The notes under the pieces were generated by a model. It was given only the letters and a program-made list of their open reading frames with translations, was not told the DNA's origin and did no database searches. 64,000 nucleotides of DNA from the human T2T-CHM13v2.0 reference genome, Homo sapiens, in assembly GCF_009914755.1 (NCBI RefSeq), contig NC_060947.1; one strand, given 5' to 3'. Below are positions 47,746 to 63,200 of this stretch, piece by piece. Every line of letters starts with the position of its first letter. Position 1 is the first letter of the stretch. Position numbers and translations under genes: made by a program.

Positions 47746-49866
47746 ACCTATTTAACATATCCATTTGACATTTTCCTTCTGCCTTCTGATTTCACTTAAT
47801 ATTTCTTGTAATGCTGGTCATCTTAATTTATGACAGATATTTTTATGGGGCATAGAATTCTAGGTCGAGAGCTTTAATACTTTCAAGAAGTCCTCTGGCT
47901 TGCTTTATTTCTGATAAATAGCCTATTGTTTTTCTTATCTATGTTTCTCTGTAGATAGTGTATCTTTTTGCTTTGATTTCCTTAAATATTTCCTATTTTC
48001 AATCACTTGTTTCTACACTTTAATTATGGTGGGCCTTGGTGTAGTTTTCTTTAGGGGCCTATCATCCTCTTGGAATGAATAGATCTCTACCTCTGTATCT
48101 TTTAAAGATATAATTGACATATAATAAACTTCACATACGTAAAGTACATTCGATATATTTTTTCATGTGTATATATCTGTGGAACCATAACAGTAAAAAT
48201 AAGAGCATATCCATCAACACAAAAAGTTTTCTCATATGCCTTTGAGATTCTTCCTATCTCCCCATATTTAGGCAACCACTGCCCTGCTTTCTGTCACCAT
48301 GGATTAGTTTGCATTTTCTAGATGTGTGTATAAAGGGAGTTATATAATATGTAGTCTTTTGAGTCTGACTTCTTTCACTTAGCATAATTATTTTAAAATT
48401 CATCAAACTTGCGTACGTCAAGAAGTCATTCCTTTATTGCTGGGTAGTATTCCGTCTTATGGATATACCAGAATTTGTTTATCCATTTACCTGTTGATGG
48501 GCATTTGGGTTGTTTCCAGTTTTTGCTGTTCTAAATAAAACTACTATGAACATTTGCATGCATGCTTCTGTATGCATACATATTTCCTTTCCTTTCGGGT
48601 TAATACTTAGGAGTGGAATGGCTAAGTGATGTGGTAGGTATATATGTTAAACCTTTAAAGAAATTGCCGAACTGTTTTCCAAAGTTGTACTATTTTACAT
48701 TCCCACCAGCAGTGTAGGAGACTTCCACTCCTCTGCATCCTTGCCAAAACTTGGTATGGTTGGTCTTTTTAATTTTAGCCATTCAAACAGGTATAGTGTT
48801 ATCTCATTGTGGTTTTAATTTGCATTTTCCTAGTGACTAATTATATTGAGCATCTTTTCATGTACTTATTTGCCATCTGTATATTTTCTTTGGTGAAATG
48901 TGTGTTCAAATATTTTCTCTATATTTTAATTTGGCCTCACTTCCTATGAATTGGTGGCTCTATTCCCAGCTTATTTTACCATAAATAGGTATAGCTACCT
49001 TACTCCCTCCACCAAAGTTAGGAGAACATTATGACTTTAACCAAATAACTTTTCATGCCTCACTCTGACCTCCTTGAGACTACTCTACAGAACTCAGACT
49101 TAGAATTCTTTGTAGATGGGTCATATCTAAGACTGAACAAGGATAATTTCAAGCTGGATATGCTGTAACCACTTCCTAAGAGCCTATTAAATTCAATCCC
49201 CTTCCTGAAGTCAAGTCAGCAAAAGGAAGTGAACTTACAGGCTGGACTTCAGCCTGGAAGTGAGCAAGGGATAAAAGAGCTAACACATACACAGATTGCA
49301 GGTATACGTGTGGTGTGGTTTATGATTGCCACATGATATGGCAACAACAGGATTTCCTAACTGCTGCTGGTACTCTTAAGCATAGTGAGCACATTTGAGC
49401 ATTTCTAGATGTCTTTCTCCTCCCCATGGAATTCATTTCACATGAATTCAGTTAGTTCACCAAATTAAAGATGACTTGGTAACTCCAGATTACTTCTATG
49501 AAATCTTCAGCAAATTGCAGTCACAAATAAGTAACAGATTCAGAAAAAAAAGATATTGGGAGAGAACTGGATGTGCTCTTTATGGAGACAGCAAAACAGT
49601 TGCTTGATTTCTCCAGAAGTTATCCATTCTCTGGGATGGGAGTTGGTAAAAATTTGCACACTGTGGCCCATCATAGTCAAGAAAATGTAAAACTATTCTG
49701 GGACAACATTGGTGGGGAAATTTTAATCAGGTAGTAGACGAGGTCTCCAATGAACATTCCGCCTGCCAGACTCACAGCCCTGGAAAAACTATAAAAATGG
49801 GACATAGGAACTACAGTCTTGAGGACTTTTTGAACATTGACAAATGGACTTTATATAACTTCCTAC

Positions 49867-50710
49867 TGATAGAGGCAGGCAAGGTAGGGTCCTTGCCAAA
49901 AACTTCACCTTTGAGCTGAAAAGCCTGAAACCCATGGCCTAAAGTGAAAACTTCTATCCCTGTTCGCCCACTCTCTCCCAATTGGTTCTTTCCGAATAAT
50001 GCCTTTTTACCAATCAAATATTGCTTTTTCCAAGATTAGCCATGGCCCGCCCCACCACCACAGTCCTGTGCCTATAAAGACCCCAGACTCAGCTGGTAGA
50101 AGAGAGAGAGACAATTTGATTTCAGAGAGAGGCAACCTGATTTCAGAGGGATGGCTGGACTTCAGAGAAGAGCTGGCCAGAGACAGCCAGACTATGGGGG
50201 AAGATTACCTGTCTGTCTTGTCCCCTTTTCAGCTCCCACTGAGAGCCACTTTCATCACTCAAAGCAATTCTCTGCATTCACTGTCCCTCAATTTGTCAGT
50301 GTGACCTCATTCTTCTTGGGCACTGGACAAAATCTTGGGACTCACCGAGTGCAGGTACCTAAAAAAGGCTGTCACAATGGTCCTTTGCTCTTGCTGGCAG
50401 AGGACAGCCACCCCATGTGATGAGGCAAAGGTATAACTGAGCTGATAACACACTGCTGTCCATGGATGACAGGGCTAAGAGAGCATTATAATATGCCCTC
50501 TGGGGCCTCAGGGGTTGCAGGCACTCCCACCTGGGTGCTGCCACAGGGCCCACATGGAGCTTGTTCCTCCTGGTGCCCAAAGCAGCTGGCCAGATCCCAC
50601 ACTCACTTGCTAGCATTCTCCCTCTCATAAGGGGTTGAGTGTGGTGGGCTGAGTAAGTGGGGCACCCCCGTCACAAGTCCAATGAAGGGGTCGAGAGAAT
50701 TCCTGCATCA
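49867..50710 (+). mobile_element. ERV1 solo LTR (MER50/LTR27-like) inserted into the integrase
   Basis: TG...CA ends, perfect 4-bp TSD CTAC; CCAAT, GC box, TATAAA ~50073. Confidence 0.85.
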
Positions 50711-51685
50711 CTACGTCATGTGGATCTGAATACATATTTACTGTTTTCTGCCTTTTCTTTGGTTGGCCAAAAGCTTCCCCTGGTTGAAAAGCAGTGGCTC
50801 TGTGGCTAAAAACAGTAGGTTTTGTCTTTCCTACTTGGGAATTCCCTGCTTACTTCTCTTACTGGCCGAGATACTAAATTTATGGGGACCATAATTAAGG
50901 AACTTTGTAAGGTGCTGCCTATTAGCCAAAAATTACACTTTCCTTACCATCCCTAATCCTCAGAAAAAACTGGAGAGGTACTTTAAAATTAAAACTTGCT
51001 AAACTCTCTGAAGACTTATAATTACCTTGGACTAAGGTTCTCCAATTGGCCCCATTGACCATCTGGTGTTCTTCTGGCAAACATAGATTGTTATCTTATG
51101 AACTTGTTACAGCCAGACCAATGAAATTGGACATCACATCCCTTATTTTAGACTCTACTTTGTTGCAAGCAGATATGGCTCAATACTATAAAGGACTAAT
51201 GGGATATACTCAGATTCATCATCAAACAGGTTCAAATTGCCTTTTCAAAGGAGCCACCTTCTAAGCCTCTGCATGACTTACAACTAGAAGGCTTATTCTA
51301 ATGGAAGAGACACGAGTGAAAAACTGCTCTGGAGCTCCACTGGAAGGGCCTCTACCAGGTCCTCCTTACCACAGCTAAGTTATAAGGAATAGATAATTGG
51401 GTCTATGTCTCCTAGATAAAGAGACATTGACCTTTGATGGACTGGACTTCTACTTTCACTGGAAACTGAGAGATCCCTGAAACACTTCTGAGGCAGACAA
51501 TGGCATGAAGGAGACATTTCCCCAAGAATATAGGAACAAGCAGATGACCTTGAACAGTGCACACCTTCTGCTCAAGATGATGGAACAAAATATCTTTTTG
51601 ATCTTTATTATTTTCCTTTTCTTCCTAGCCTTGTTTCTTATCCTTTACCTTTTAATTTCTGAATTTGTGCATCTCTATAGAATTA

Positions 51686-52026
51686 CAGTAGTTCTCCCTT
51701 ATCCATGAGAGATGCATTTCAAGACCCCAAGTGGATGCCTGAAACCACAGATAGTACCAAACACTATATATACTATGTTCTTCCCTACATATACATATCT
51801 ATGATAAAGTGTAATTTGTAAATTAGGCACAATAAGAGATTAATAACAACAATAATAAAGTAGAACAATTATAACAATACACTATAATAAAAGTTATGTG
51901 AATGTGGTCTTTCTTTGTCTCTCCCTAAATATCTTATTGTACTGTACTCGTCTATTTTCAGACCACAGTTGATTAAGGGTAACTAAAACCATGAAAAATA
52001 AAATTGCAGATAAAGGGAGACTATTG
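51686..52026. mobile_element. MER44-like Tigger MITE; an antisense Alu follows at ~52065-52346
   Basis: CAGTAGTTCTCCCTTATC...GATAAAGGGAGACTATTG inverted termini, TA TSD. Confidence 0.75.
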
Positions 52027-52035
52027 TATCTCTAA

Positions 52036-52215
<180 letters not shown>

Positions 52216-54402
52216 TAATTTTTATTTTTTTTGTAGAGATGGGTTCTCACTATGTTGCCCAGGCTGGTCTTGAACCCCTGGCCTCAAGCAGTCCTCCTGC
52301 CTTGGCATCCCAAAGGGCTAGGATTACAGGCATGAGCCACTGCACCCTCTCCTTATTTCTCTGCCACATTTCATTTCTCTTCTCTCCTTTCCTTAATGCC
52401 CAAAGTTCTTGGATTTTTTTTTAAGATTTATGATTATGAAGCTAATGTCACCTATGATTTTTGCTTTTGCTCACTTTTTTTTCTGTCAGTTCCATTGTAC
52501 CTTCACAAATACTACTCGTTCCTTACTTGTTCTTGACCCTGAGAGAACTCTCCACACCACTATTGCTGTTGTTTGGGGCATAGTCCCCAAACTGGGTCTC
52601 TGACAAATCTCCAAGATTAACAAATTATATTCTGAAGAGGTAGAACTTGTTTTTCTGGAAAGGCTGAAGCAGGTAGATGTTGTTGGTCTGGCCTCAACAC
52701 TATCTTCACCCAGGCAAACCACAATGATAAAAGTATGAGTGTTTTTTAGATGCTGGAGAGACCCCAGGTGATTCGTATTTTGTTTTGAGGTCTAAGGATT
52801 GCTGATTTTTGCCAGCAAATTGGACAGGGTCATGCTGTCTTTCCCATCTCTTTCCTCTTTCTGACTATACAATTGGACTGAGTTTGAACAATTTATCACA
52901 TTTTTAGTTCAGAAGTTAAATCCTAGTTCCCAAGCCAGAAGAAAAATCCACCCTCTGAAAAAATGCCCATTCTTAGTAGGTGATGAGAGGGACTGTGTGA
53001 AGAAGCTGAAAGACTTGGAATCAATCGAAGTGAGATCTCCACACTCAGCGAAATGTTTTATGTTGCATCCATCCCTTAAGAGATTAGCCCTGTGGACTAT
53101 TCAAGTTCTACACAATGCCTAGTTTTCCAGGCTTTCATTTGTGAAGCCACCCAAGCCACTAACCATGTTACCAAAAATACTGACACACTCAAGAAATTCA
53201 GGAACTCCGGAAGGCTGGTGTTCGTCGTTGACTGGCATTATAGATCATCCTGGCATCTATGGGAGGTATATGCGCCGCTGTTGAGGATGAATGACATACA
53301 CAGATTCCAAAAACCTTTCTGATGTCTTTTTGGTGAATCAACACATCTGTGAAGCCAACCAAAACATTTATCAGGTAAGCAACAGAGTTCTGATTCCTGG
53401 GACCTATGGGCTGTCATCAGGTAGATAGGGATGGGACATGTTTCCCTGGATATTCTGAACAGGGACATCATTCTGAGGATATACTTTTCTCCAAAGGCTC
53501 GGAAGCTTTTACTATTTTTCCTGATAGGAATATCTCTAATCAAATGCATTCTATCATGTTTAATTAAGACCACCAGTACTGTCCTGTCCAAACAGATGAT
53601 CCAAACTACAATTAAGGAACAAAAGATCAAAGAACAAACTGCTCCTCCACTGCTCATCGTCGGAGCCTTCTTTACTTAATTCTTGAATCTTATACATTCC
53701 TGTACTTTTGTTTTATCTCTCTATAGATTTGGCCAGTGAAGAAAGGAGTTTATTTTGGCCAAGAGGAAGAGTTATAAAAGAATGAAAACAAACCTCAGTT
53801 TTTCTTGTTTCAACCTTTGCCTCCTTTCCCTTGTTTTCTTATTCTCCACTCCACACCCACTTCTTAAAAACTATCTCCTTCCCCCTTGAACCTTAAAAAA
53901 CTGCGAGGATTAAAAAAAACAGCTCTCAAAGAACTGTTCTGAAAGTTGCAGGCATGGGATTGCACCAATAATCCTGAGCAAAAAGCATGAAAAACTGGAT
54001 CAATTTATCAGTGGTTCCAACCAGAAATTTTCAGCAGGTACAGATAAAAAAAATTGCAACTGGGACCAGACTGCATTCATATACCCTTCTGTTCTTCTTG
54101 CCTAACATAAACTAATTCTGCTTCAGTACAGGAGGCTTCTTGTTCTTAAGATTTTCACTGATGCACATCAGTTGAATAAAATATTTAAACACTATTTGAG
54201 TGACATTATTTTTTTTCCTCTTGATAGGGTCATGTTGTGGTAATTAAGGGGTTAATTAATCAAAAGGATATAACAATCTTCAATGTTAAGGGATCTAATA
54301 ACAAACAGAGCTTCAAAATATGTCAAATAAAACCTGATAGAACTGCAAGGAGAAATACATAAATTTACAATTACAGTCAAATATTTCAACACTCCTATCT
54401 TA

Positions 54403-55250
<848 letters not shown>

Positions 55251-55313
55251 GTGATCCACCCGCCTCAGCCTCCCAAAGTGCTGGGATTACAGGTGTGAGC
55301 CACCCCGCCCAGC

Positions 55314-58300
55314 TGTATTCAGAATTTTTATAAGGGCCAGGAGTAATACTTTTGTTTCTTGACAGATTTTTCACAAGTCCATTTAATGTCTAGATTTTTA
55401 TGTTCCACTTGCCCTGAGGATTGCAGATGGTATGGGGCATTAAATTTTAATGAGTACTCCAGAGATTTTGCAAGCAAGAGGTTTATCTCTGATGTAAAAT
55501 GAGTTTCTTTGTCTGACTCGATCCATAAAGGGATGCCAAAGTGAGGTATCATCTCAGTTATCAATTTCCTCACCACTGTTGTGCCATTAGAACCTCCAAT
55601 CCATCCATGAAACCTGCAGACTATAGCCAAAGAGCAGGACAAGCCAAGGCTGGAAGTAAATCTATGAAATGTATCTGGAGTGCTGCAAGGAGAAGCGTGG
55701 GCCTTGGAAGACTGCCTGAGGAGTGTTGGTTTCCTCCAGAAACGTGATGAGATTTACAAGTAATGCATTGGGAAATAATTTGGACAGAAATTTTGTAGAT
55801 CCCAGGGTAAAATCAATTATTCTTTAGTTCCTCAACTATCCCTCATATGCACATATGTCCCATCCAATGAGACATAAGTACAAGCCAAAAGGTTAAATGA
55901 AAAGGGGCCACAGGAAGTCCATTTGGCCCAATATACAATCCATCTGATAATTACTTGGCACCCTTTTGTACCCATTTATCTTTTTCATATTTTGGGGCAT
56001 TTGCCTGAAAATGAATAATATCAGGTAGGGATAAAGGTAAGTTTATAAATTGGGTGGAAAAATAAAAAGGGGGTCAGTTTTTGGCTGTGTGCTTAGCAGC
56101 CTTTTCTACCCTATCATTCCTAAAGATATAGTGTCAGTCTCCTTAGTGTGAGATGGACAATGAACAATAGCAATTTTAGTATGAAGGTGAACAGCCTGTG
56201 ATAAGGCAGCGATTATATGTCCATTAGCAATAGGAGTACCAGCAGAGGTTCAGAATCCACGGGATTTCCAGATTGTGCCAACAGCATGACAGACTCCAAA
56301 AGCATATCGGAGTCAGTGTAAATCATGTCAGTTTTTCCTTTTGCCAATGTGTAAGCTCTAATAAGAGCTATAGGTTCAGCAGCCTGGGCTGACTTTATAG
56401 TCAGCAAAGAGTATGCCTCAAGCGTTTCATGTGGGGAAACTATGGCATAGCCAGTTATTATGTTTCCCTTAAAATTAAATTTGCGAGAGCCATTACAAAA
56501 TAGCAACACGGCTAGGTTGTCTAAAGGAGAGTCTGAGAGATCCCTTCATGGCTTTGAACTCATTTCTATAGCTGCTAGGCAATCAAGTGGAATGGAATGA
56601 GGCTCTTCATCATCAGGGAGGGGTAGGAGTGTAGCAGGATTTAGTGTCACAAAGGCGTAAGATGATGGAGGGATTGGTTCACAGGGCTTGCTCCTAGGTG
56701 CTCTGTCCATGTGTAGAGAGGTGCTGCATCTTAAGAACTTGAAAGAGAGCGGACACAGCATGGGAAACATTGAGGTGGATGGGGGAACCTAATGTATGGG
56801 TGCTGGCACCCATACATTAGGTAATACAGTAATTAGGGCGGCAGCTGATGCTACTGCATGCAGGCATGGGGGCGTGTCTGCTGCCACAGTATTCCATTGG
56901 CATGAGAAATATGCTACAGGTTGTATCTGAGAGGCAAAGGGTTGCCCTAGAATACCTGCAGCAATCTCACTATTTTCATGACAATAGAGGTGAAAACGTT
57001 TATCAAAATTAGGTAAGCCAAGAGCAGGGGGTAGGGCAATGCTAATTTTGAGGCTTCAAAAGAAGTTAATGCCTCTGAAGGCCAGAGAATGGTCTCTGGA
57101 GTGGTATCTGGAAGGAGGGCATATAGTGGGTTGGCAATAGCCACAAAATTAGGACTCCATGGTGGTCAATAGCCAGCTGCCCCTAGAAATTTACACAGCT
57201 GCTTTTTCATTTTAGGGAGAGGAATGGATAAAACTGACTCGAGGCATTTTGGGGTGAACTTCTGAGTGCCCTGAGGTATTTCATGTTCTAAGTAAGTAAC
57301 AGTTGTTTGCACTAACTGAAGTTTAGATCTAGAGGCTTTATGGCTTCAGTCAGCTAGTGCCTTTAGGAGAGTGAGGGAGCGTCTTTAAGGGTATCCTATT
57401 TAGTTTGGTTACAAAGCAAAAGGGCAAGGTCATCAATATATTGCACAAGAATGGAGTCTTGGGTGAAGGCTACAGAATTCAAGTAGGCTTTAAGGATTAG
57501 AGAGAATTTTGAGAGTGACTTACAATATCCCTGAAGCATGCGAGTCCATGTTAATTGCCTCCCTCTAAATGTAAATGCAAAGAGAAACTGAGTCAGGGTA
57601 CAACGGAAAGGAAAAGAAAGCTGAGCAGAGGTCAACTACATCACCAGGAATTGAGGTAGGGATAGTAGCTGCATTGGGGATAACAGGGTGGCAGGGAATT
57701 ACAAATCTTGTACAACTTACAAATCTTGTACAAATAGATTTGATTTCCATTGGAAGCAAATTTTCTTTCTTTCTGTACTGGTAAGATTGGGGTGTTACAG
57801 GGTGAAGTGGTGAAAATGAGTACACCTTGCTGCAAAAGGGAGTCTATGATAGGTTCAATTCCTCTCTCTGCATCTTGTGAGAAGGGGTACTGAGCTACTA
57901 CTGATGGGAAATGTTTGTTCCTTTTTCATGCAATGTGTACCGGTTCTGTACTCAGTAGTAGTCCAATCTCACTTGCACATTAAGCCCAGAGACAAGCTGG
58001 GACATCTTTTAAGATTGCATCCTCTTTAGAGGAATTTAAATCAAGGGGGGTTTCCATGAGAGAGCGTGTTAACTTTAATACTAAGGTTAATAGAAAGTTT
58101 GAAGTTTGGGCTGAAGGCAGAGACATAAAAACGCCTTCCTTATTACATTGTATGGCAGCATTAAACCTACATAATAAATCCCTACCTAAAAGGTTTGCTA
58201 AGTGAGGAGTCAGAAACTAGAAAGGCATGGCAGGTGTTAAGAGGGCAAAGGATGTTGGGGTGTCCTGAGATATGGGCGATGAAATAGGTTGCCCAGAGTT

Positions 58301-60290
58301 TTCAATAGCTTGAATAGAGGCAGAGGTAACAGGTAGAGATAATTCTTCTGAGTGAATAGTAGAGGAAGTCCTATCAGTGTCAATTAAATCCGGTTCTTAA
58401 TCCTCTACTTTAAGTTCAATGGTGGGCTTTGAGGTGCAACTGAGGATCAGCTGACCCCATCAATCAATGTAGTATTGTCCCAAAGGAGGGGAATAATGAG
58501 CCTTCTAAAGGTGTTGGATTCTAGGGAGAGTTTCTTCCTTTTTTTTTTTTTTTTTTTTTGTACAGGACAGCAATTTTTCCAATGCCTCTGCCTTTTGCAA
58601 TATCTGCAAATTTCAGAAGACAAACTAGAAAAATCTTGTGGCTGACCAAAGATATGAAAGAACTTTGAGTCATTCTTAGAGGCACGCCTTTGTTTCTGTA
58701 ACAATTCAAGCCGCAAGATGACTTGATTTTAGTTCTTTTTTTCCCTTTATTTTCTTGCAAGCTATTTTCAAATAATTGAGTGCCTGCTTCCATTATAATG
58801 CTTACAGACTGACCAGCCCAACCACTATACTAGTTTGGATTTGCCTTTTTGTATCAAGAAGATTTCCGGCCAGAGCAGAAACTGGAATATTTCTATGCTC
58901 TGGAGCTTCAGGATGTAATGCTGCATGCCTTTGAAAACCTTGTATACGTCTCTTGACAAAAGCCTTGGGGTGCTCTCCCTCGTTCTGAATACATAATTCA
59001 ACATTAGACAAATTTACCTTGGGAGGAGAGCCTCTAATATTGTCCCTATCAGGCCCCTGAATATCAGCAACTAGTTGGGCCTATCTCCTCATTTGCAGGA
59101 GGGCCAGGAAGGGGTTCCGGCCATCTGTTCACTCTGTGGAGGGAGTTTTCCCCAGGAGGCCGTCTGGCCTGTCTAATAACTGCAGTATGATCATGAGAGG
59201 GAAATACACCCCTTAGCAGCCAGTCAAGGTCTCTACGTATGGGGTTACAGATGGCCAATGATCTCTCCAACTATTCTCTGAACTTGGTAAGTCCTTCTGA
59301 AAGTGGGGGCAAAATTGCTTTATAATTTAAAATATCTGTTGCTCTCCAGGAGACGTGAATTCTTTGAGAAGGGAGTCCAGGATACATTTACAGAGGGCAT
59401 TGCATAGAGAGGTCTGGAGCTGATGGAGTCTGATTACAAAGCCTTGGGAAATAAGAGAGGTTTCAAGGCACAGAAAAACAAGTCTTGTTGGGTGTCCTTG
59501 GAGCCTGTGCCAGATTTATTTTGTGGTAGTCAGTTCTTACATAAATGACCTCTAAGCTTCAGGTTTTAAGACCAGGCCTGATTTGGGCTTTTAAGATCAG
59601 GAGGGTTTTTGTAAATCATCCAGGGAAAGAGAGATAAAAGAAGGCAGCTGGATGTCTAAGGAGTTTTTCCGGGGTTTGGAGGAGCAGAGAGAATTTGTTG
59701 AGAAGATAGAGGAGGAGGGAGAGGCTGAGGAGATGGGGCTGGATCTTGAGGAGGGGGGGTTCAATTCAGGGGCCCAGAGAGTGAATAGATCCTCTGGTGG
59801 GTCAGGGACATGGAGTTGGGGTGTGAGTGGAGAAGGGTGATTTATAGTGGGAAGGGGGATTTATAGTGGGAGCAGATTTCAACTTTTGTTCTAGGTCTGC
59901 TTTTGTTCTTTAATTTTGTTAAGGAAATTTTTAGGGCTAGTAATAATACTTTTCTGAATTTTTTGTTCTGCCTGATCTTCCCATAAATACAATAAGCAAA
60001 TAGTTTAGAATAAGCGTTCTCTAAAATTGTTTTCAAATAAATTTGAAATAAAATTTTTCTTTCTAATTCAAAGGATCTGTCTTCTGGTCATTGACAATTA
60101 GGATCTTCATTGGTGTATAGATTCCAATTGCGACTTAATTCAATAAGGCTTTTATGGAAGGACCACGTGGTAACTTTCCAGGCTTAGGAGAAATCTTTAC
60201 TAGGGATGCAAGGAGTGTTCCTGGAGTGGGTGCAGAAGATGCAGCCCCCATGATTCAAAAATTCATTCTCAGAGATAGATTAAGAAAGCA
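55314..60290 (-). mobile_element. Decayed class I ERV internal region gag-pro-pol (no LTRs seen)
   Basis: Gag start MGAASS at 60251; MHR-like QNEGEHPKAFVKR; zinc knuckle CRYCKRQRHWKNCC; protease LIDTD and LLGRDLL; RT SPCNTPILPV and QYIDDL; RNase H SAQAAE..YTDS; integrase FGIP..IESD..PYHLQSSGQVE. Confidence 0.9.
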
Positions 60291-60298
60291 AAGACCTT

Positions 60299-63200
60299 GG
60301 CTGGTGCAGTGGCTCATGCTTGTAACCCCAGCATTTTGGGAGGCCGAGGTCAGAGGATTGTTTGAGCCCAGGAGTTTGAGGACAGCCTGGGCAACATAGT
60401 GAGATTCCCATCTCTATAAAAAATGTGAAAATTAGCTGGATGTGGTGGTACGCTTCTAGTCTCAGGTACTTGAGAGGCTGAGGTGGAGGATCACTTGAGC
60501 CTGGGAAGTTGAGGCTGTAGTAAGCTGTGATCATGCCACCGCTCTCCAGCCTGGACTACAGAGTGAGACCTTGTCTCAAAGGAAGAAAATGATTACAAAA
60601 TAAATAAAGTTTTAATAAGTTTTAAAAAAGAAAAAAGAAAACAAAGAATTTTGTGGCTACAGGCAGTTAAGGGTCTCTGGGCTGATGGGATTGCTCCTGG
60701 GATTGCAGTCAAGTAGAGATTTAGCTGGGCCACATGGTTGCTAGCTGGGTATGCAGTGGGGTCTGCAGTTGGTGGTTCTAGTACCAGAGTCCTAGGCAGG
60801 TGTGGATCCTGCATGGTGTCTGGGCCAATAGAATTGCTTCCAGGACCTTGGTCAGTGGGACTGGTGTTGGGACAAGGATCCACTTCAAGGTCTGCAGTTG
60901 AGTACACAGACAGCAGCCCTGTTACCAGGTGTGTGAATGCACATGACTCCCACCAGTTCCCTGGGCCATCTCCTGCTGGGTTACTGGGTAGGTCACTAAA
61001 CAGGCAGGATTGGCTCTGGAATGTGGCTGAGAGAGGCTAGAACCAAGTCACAGGGCTGCTTCAGGGTCCACCGCTGGGACTGACATCTGCAGTTCTGCCT
61101 CTGGAAATATGGATAGGTGTGCCTCCTGCTGGGTTCCTGTATGGTCATGACTGCTCCCAGACCATGGCTGACAGGTCTTTTTCAGGGATGGTTTCTGTTA
61201 GTTTATTTTTTCCCTTGAATGGGCCATACTTTCCTGTTTCTTTGTATGCCTTCTGATTTCTTGTTGAAAACTGGACATTCAAATGTAATAATGTAATAAC
61301 TCTGTATATCAGATGCTCCCCTTTCCTCAAGGCTTTCTATTATTTATTTACTTGTTTATTTAATTGTTGTAGGCTGTCTCTGTGCTGAGAATCACCCTGA
61401 GGTGTAAATTCAGTCTTCTCAGGTCTTTACTAAGCCTGAGTCCCTTCCCCTGGGCATGTGTGGTGACTTTCTAATTTCCCCCATATGTATGGTTGCTTTT
61501 GAGTGTACTATGGCTGGCTCCCAAAAAAGGGAAAAAGAGAAAAATGAGAGAGAAAGGCACTGACCCTTTAAATCTCCTGGAAATCACATCAGTGGGGGTG
61601 GGTGGATGGGAGGTGAGGTTGTTTGTTTGTTTGTTTGTTTGTTTGTTTGAGACAGAGTCTTGCTCTATCACCCAGGCTGGAGTGCAGTGGCATGATCTTG
61701 GCTCACTGCAACCTCCAGGAGGTGAGGCTTTCAACAGTAGTGGGAGGTGTAACAACAATGGCTGCTAATTCATTTTCTGCAATTCTGTGATCAGAAGCAG
61801 TGATCAGTGATCCAAGCACAGATCCCTGATACTGGAAGATAGAGTTCTTTTTGCCTACTCTGCTCCTGCAAGTTGTGTGCAAGCTGCTCCAGGAACATGC
61901 GCACGGCTGTTTGCCATAGGGCTGAAAAGTCAGGGATGGGGAACTGCTACTGTGCTAAGAGCTTAAATTGACTGAAATTAACTGCAACTCACCATTTAGG
62001 CTTCCCCTGGAAATTGCAAGCCTTTGACAGACTCCAGAGTTCCAAAATAGTTATGTCAGACAGATTATGTCAGTGTAACTGTTATTTCTGTGGGGAGGTG
62101 GATTCCTGGTGCTTCCTACTCCACCACCTTCCCAGAATCCTCCTCTAGTCAACACTTTTGTTTTTCACAGAGTTTCACTCTGTTGCCCAAGATGGAGTGC
62201 AGTGGTTCAATTATAGCTCATTGCAGCCTGCAACTCCTGGGCTCAAGTGATCCTCCCACCTCAGCTTCCTGAGTAGCTGGGACTACAGGCAAATGCCACC
62301 ACACCCAGCTAATTTTTTATTTTTTGTAGAGACAGGGTCTCATGATGCTGCCCAGGCTGGTGTCAAGTGATCCTCCTGCCTTGGCCTTGCAAAGCACTGA
62401 GATTACAAGTGGGAGTCGCCATGCCTGGCCTTAGTCAACTAATTTTTTTTTTATGAAGTACAAAGCCATTTCAATGGAGAAAGTATTGTCTTTTTAATAA
62501 AGGATGCTGGATGTTCTCACTTGTAAGTGGGAGCTGAACAATGAGGATACATGGACACGGGGAGGGAAAGAGCATACACTGGGGCCTGTGCTGGGGGATG
62601 CGGGGAGAGGGAGAGCATCAGGAAAAATAGCTAATGCATGCTGGGCTTAATACCTAGGTGATGGGTTGATAGGTGCATCAAACTACCATGGCACACATTT
62701 ACCTATGTAACAAGACTGCACAGCCTGCACATGTATCCCGGAACTTAAAATAAAATAAAATAAAAATAAATGATGCTTGAACAATGGACTATCCATATAC
62801 AAAACAAAACAAAAAACAAGGCAAACTTCAACTTAACCTAACACTTTACATGAAAATCAATTCAAATAGACCATAGACCTATTGGTAAAATATAAAATTA
62901 TAAAACTTCTAGAAGAAAACATAGGAGGAAATCTTTGTGACCTTAGGTTAGGCAAAGAGTTTTAGACATGATACCCAAAGCATGATCCATAACAGAAAAT
63001 ACTGATACATTGGACATTATAAAAATCAATTACAAGTACAGAAACAGTCTGCAGAAAAAGGTTAAATTCAGAGTATCTGCTCCTGGAATGGTTCATGTTC
63101 TTGTTCCCTCGAATCTGGATGGACAATCTAGTGTTTGCCTCTAAGGACATGCCAGTCTGCCAACAAAGCACTTAACATCTAGTGTATCTGGGCAGTCAGA

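Noticed and set aside
53238-53657. 139-aa minus-strand ORF as a processed pseudogene
   Set aside because: It is the antisense of the decayed env on the plus strand
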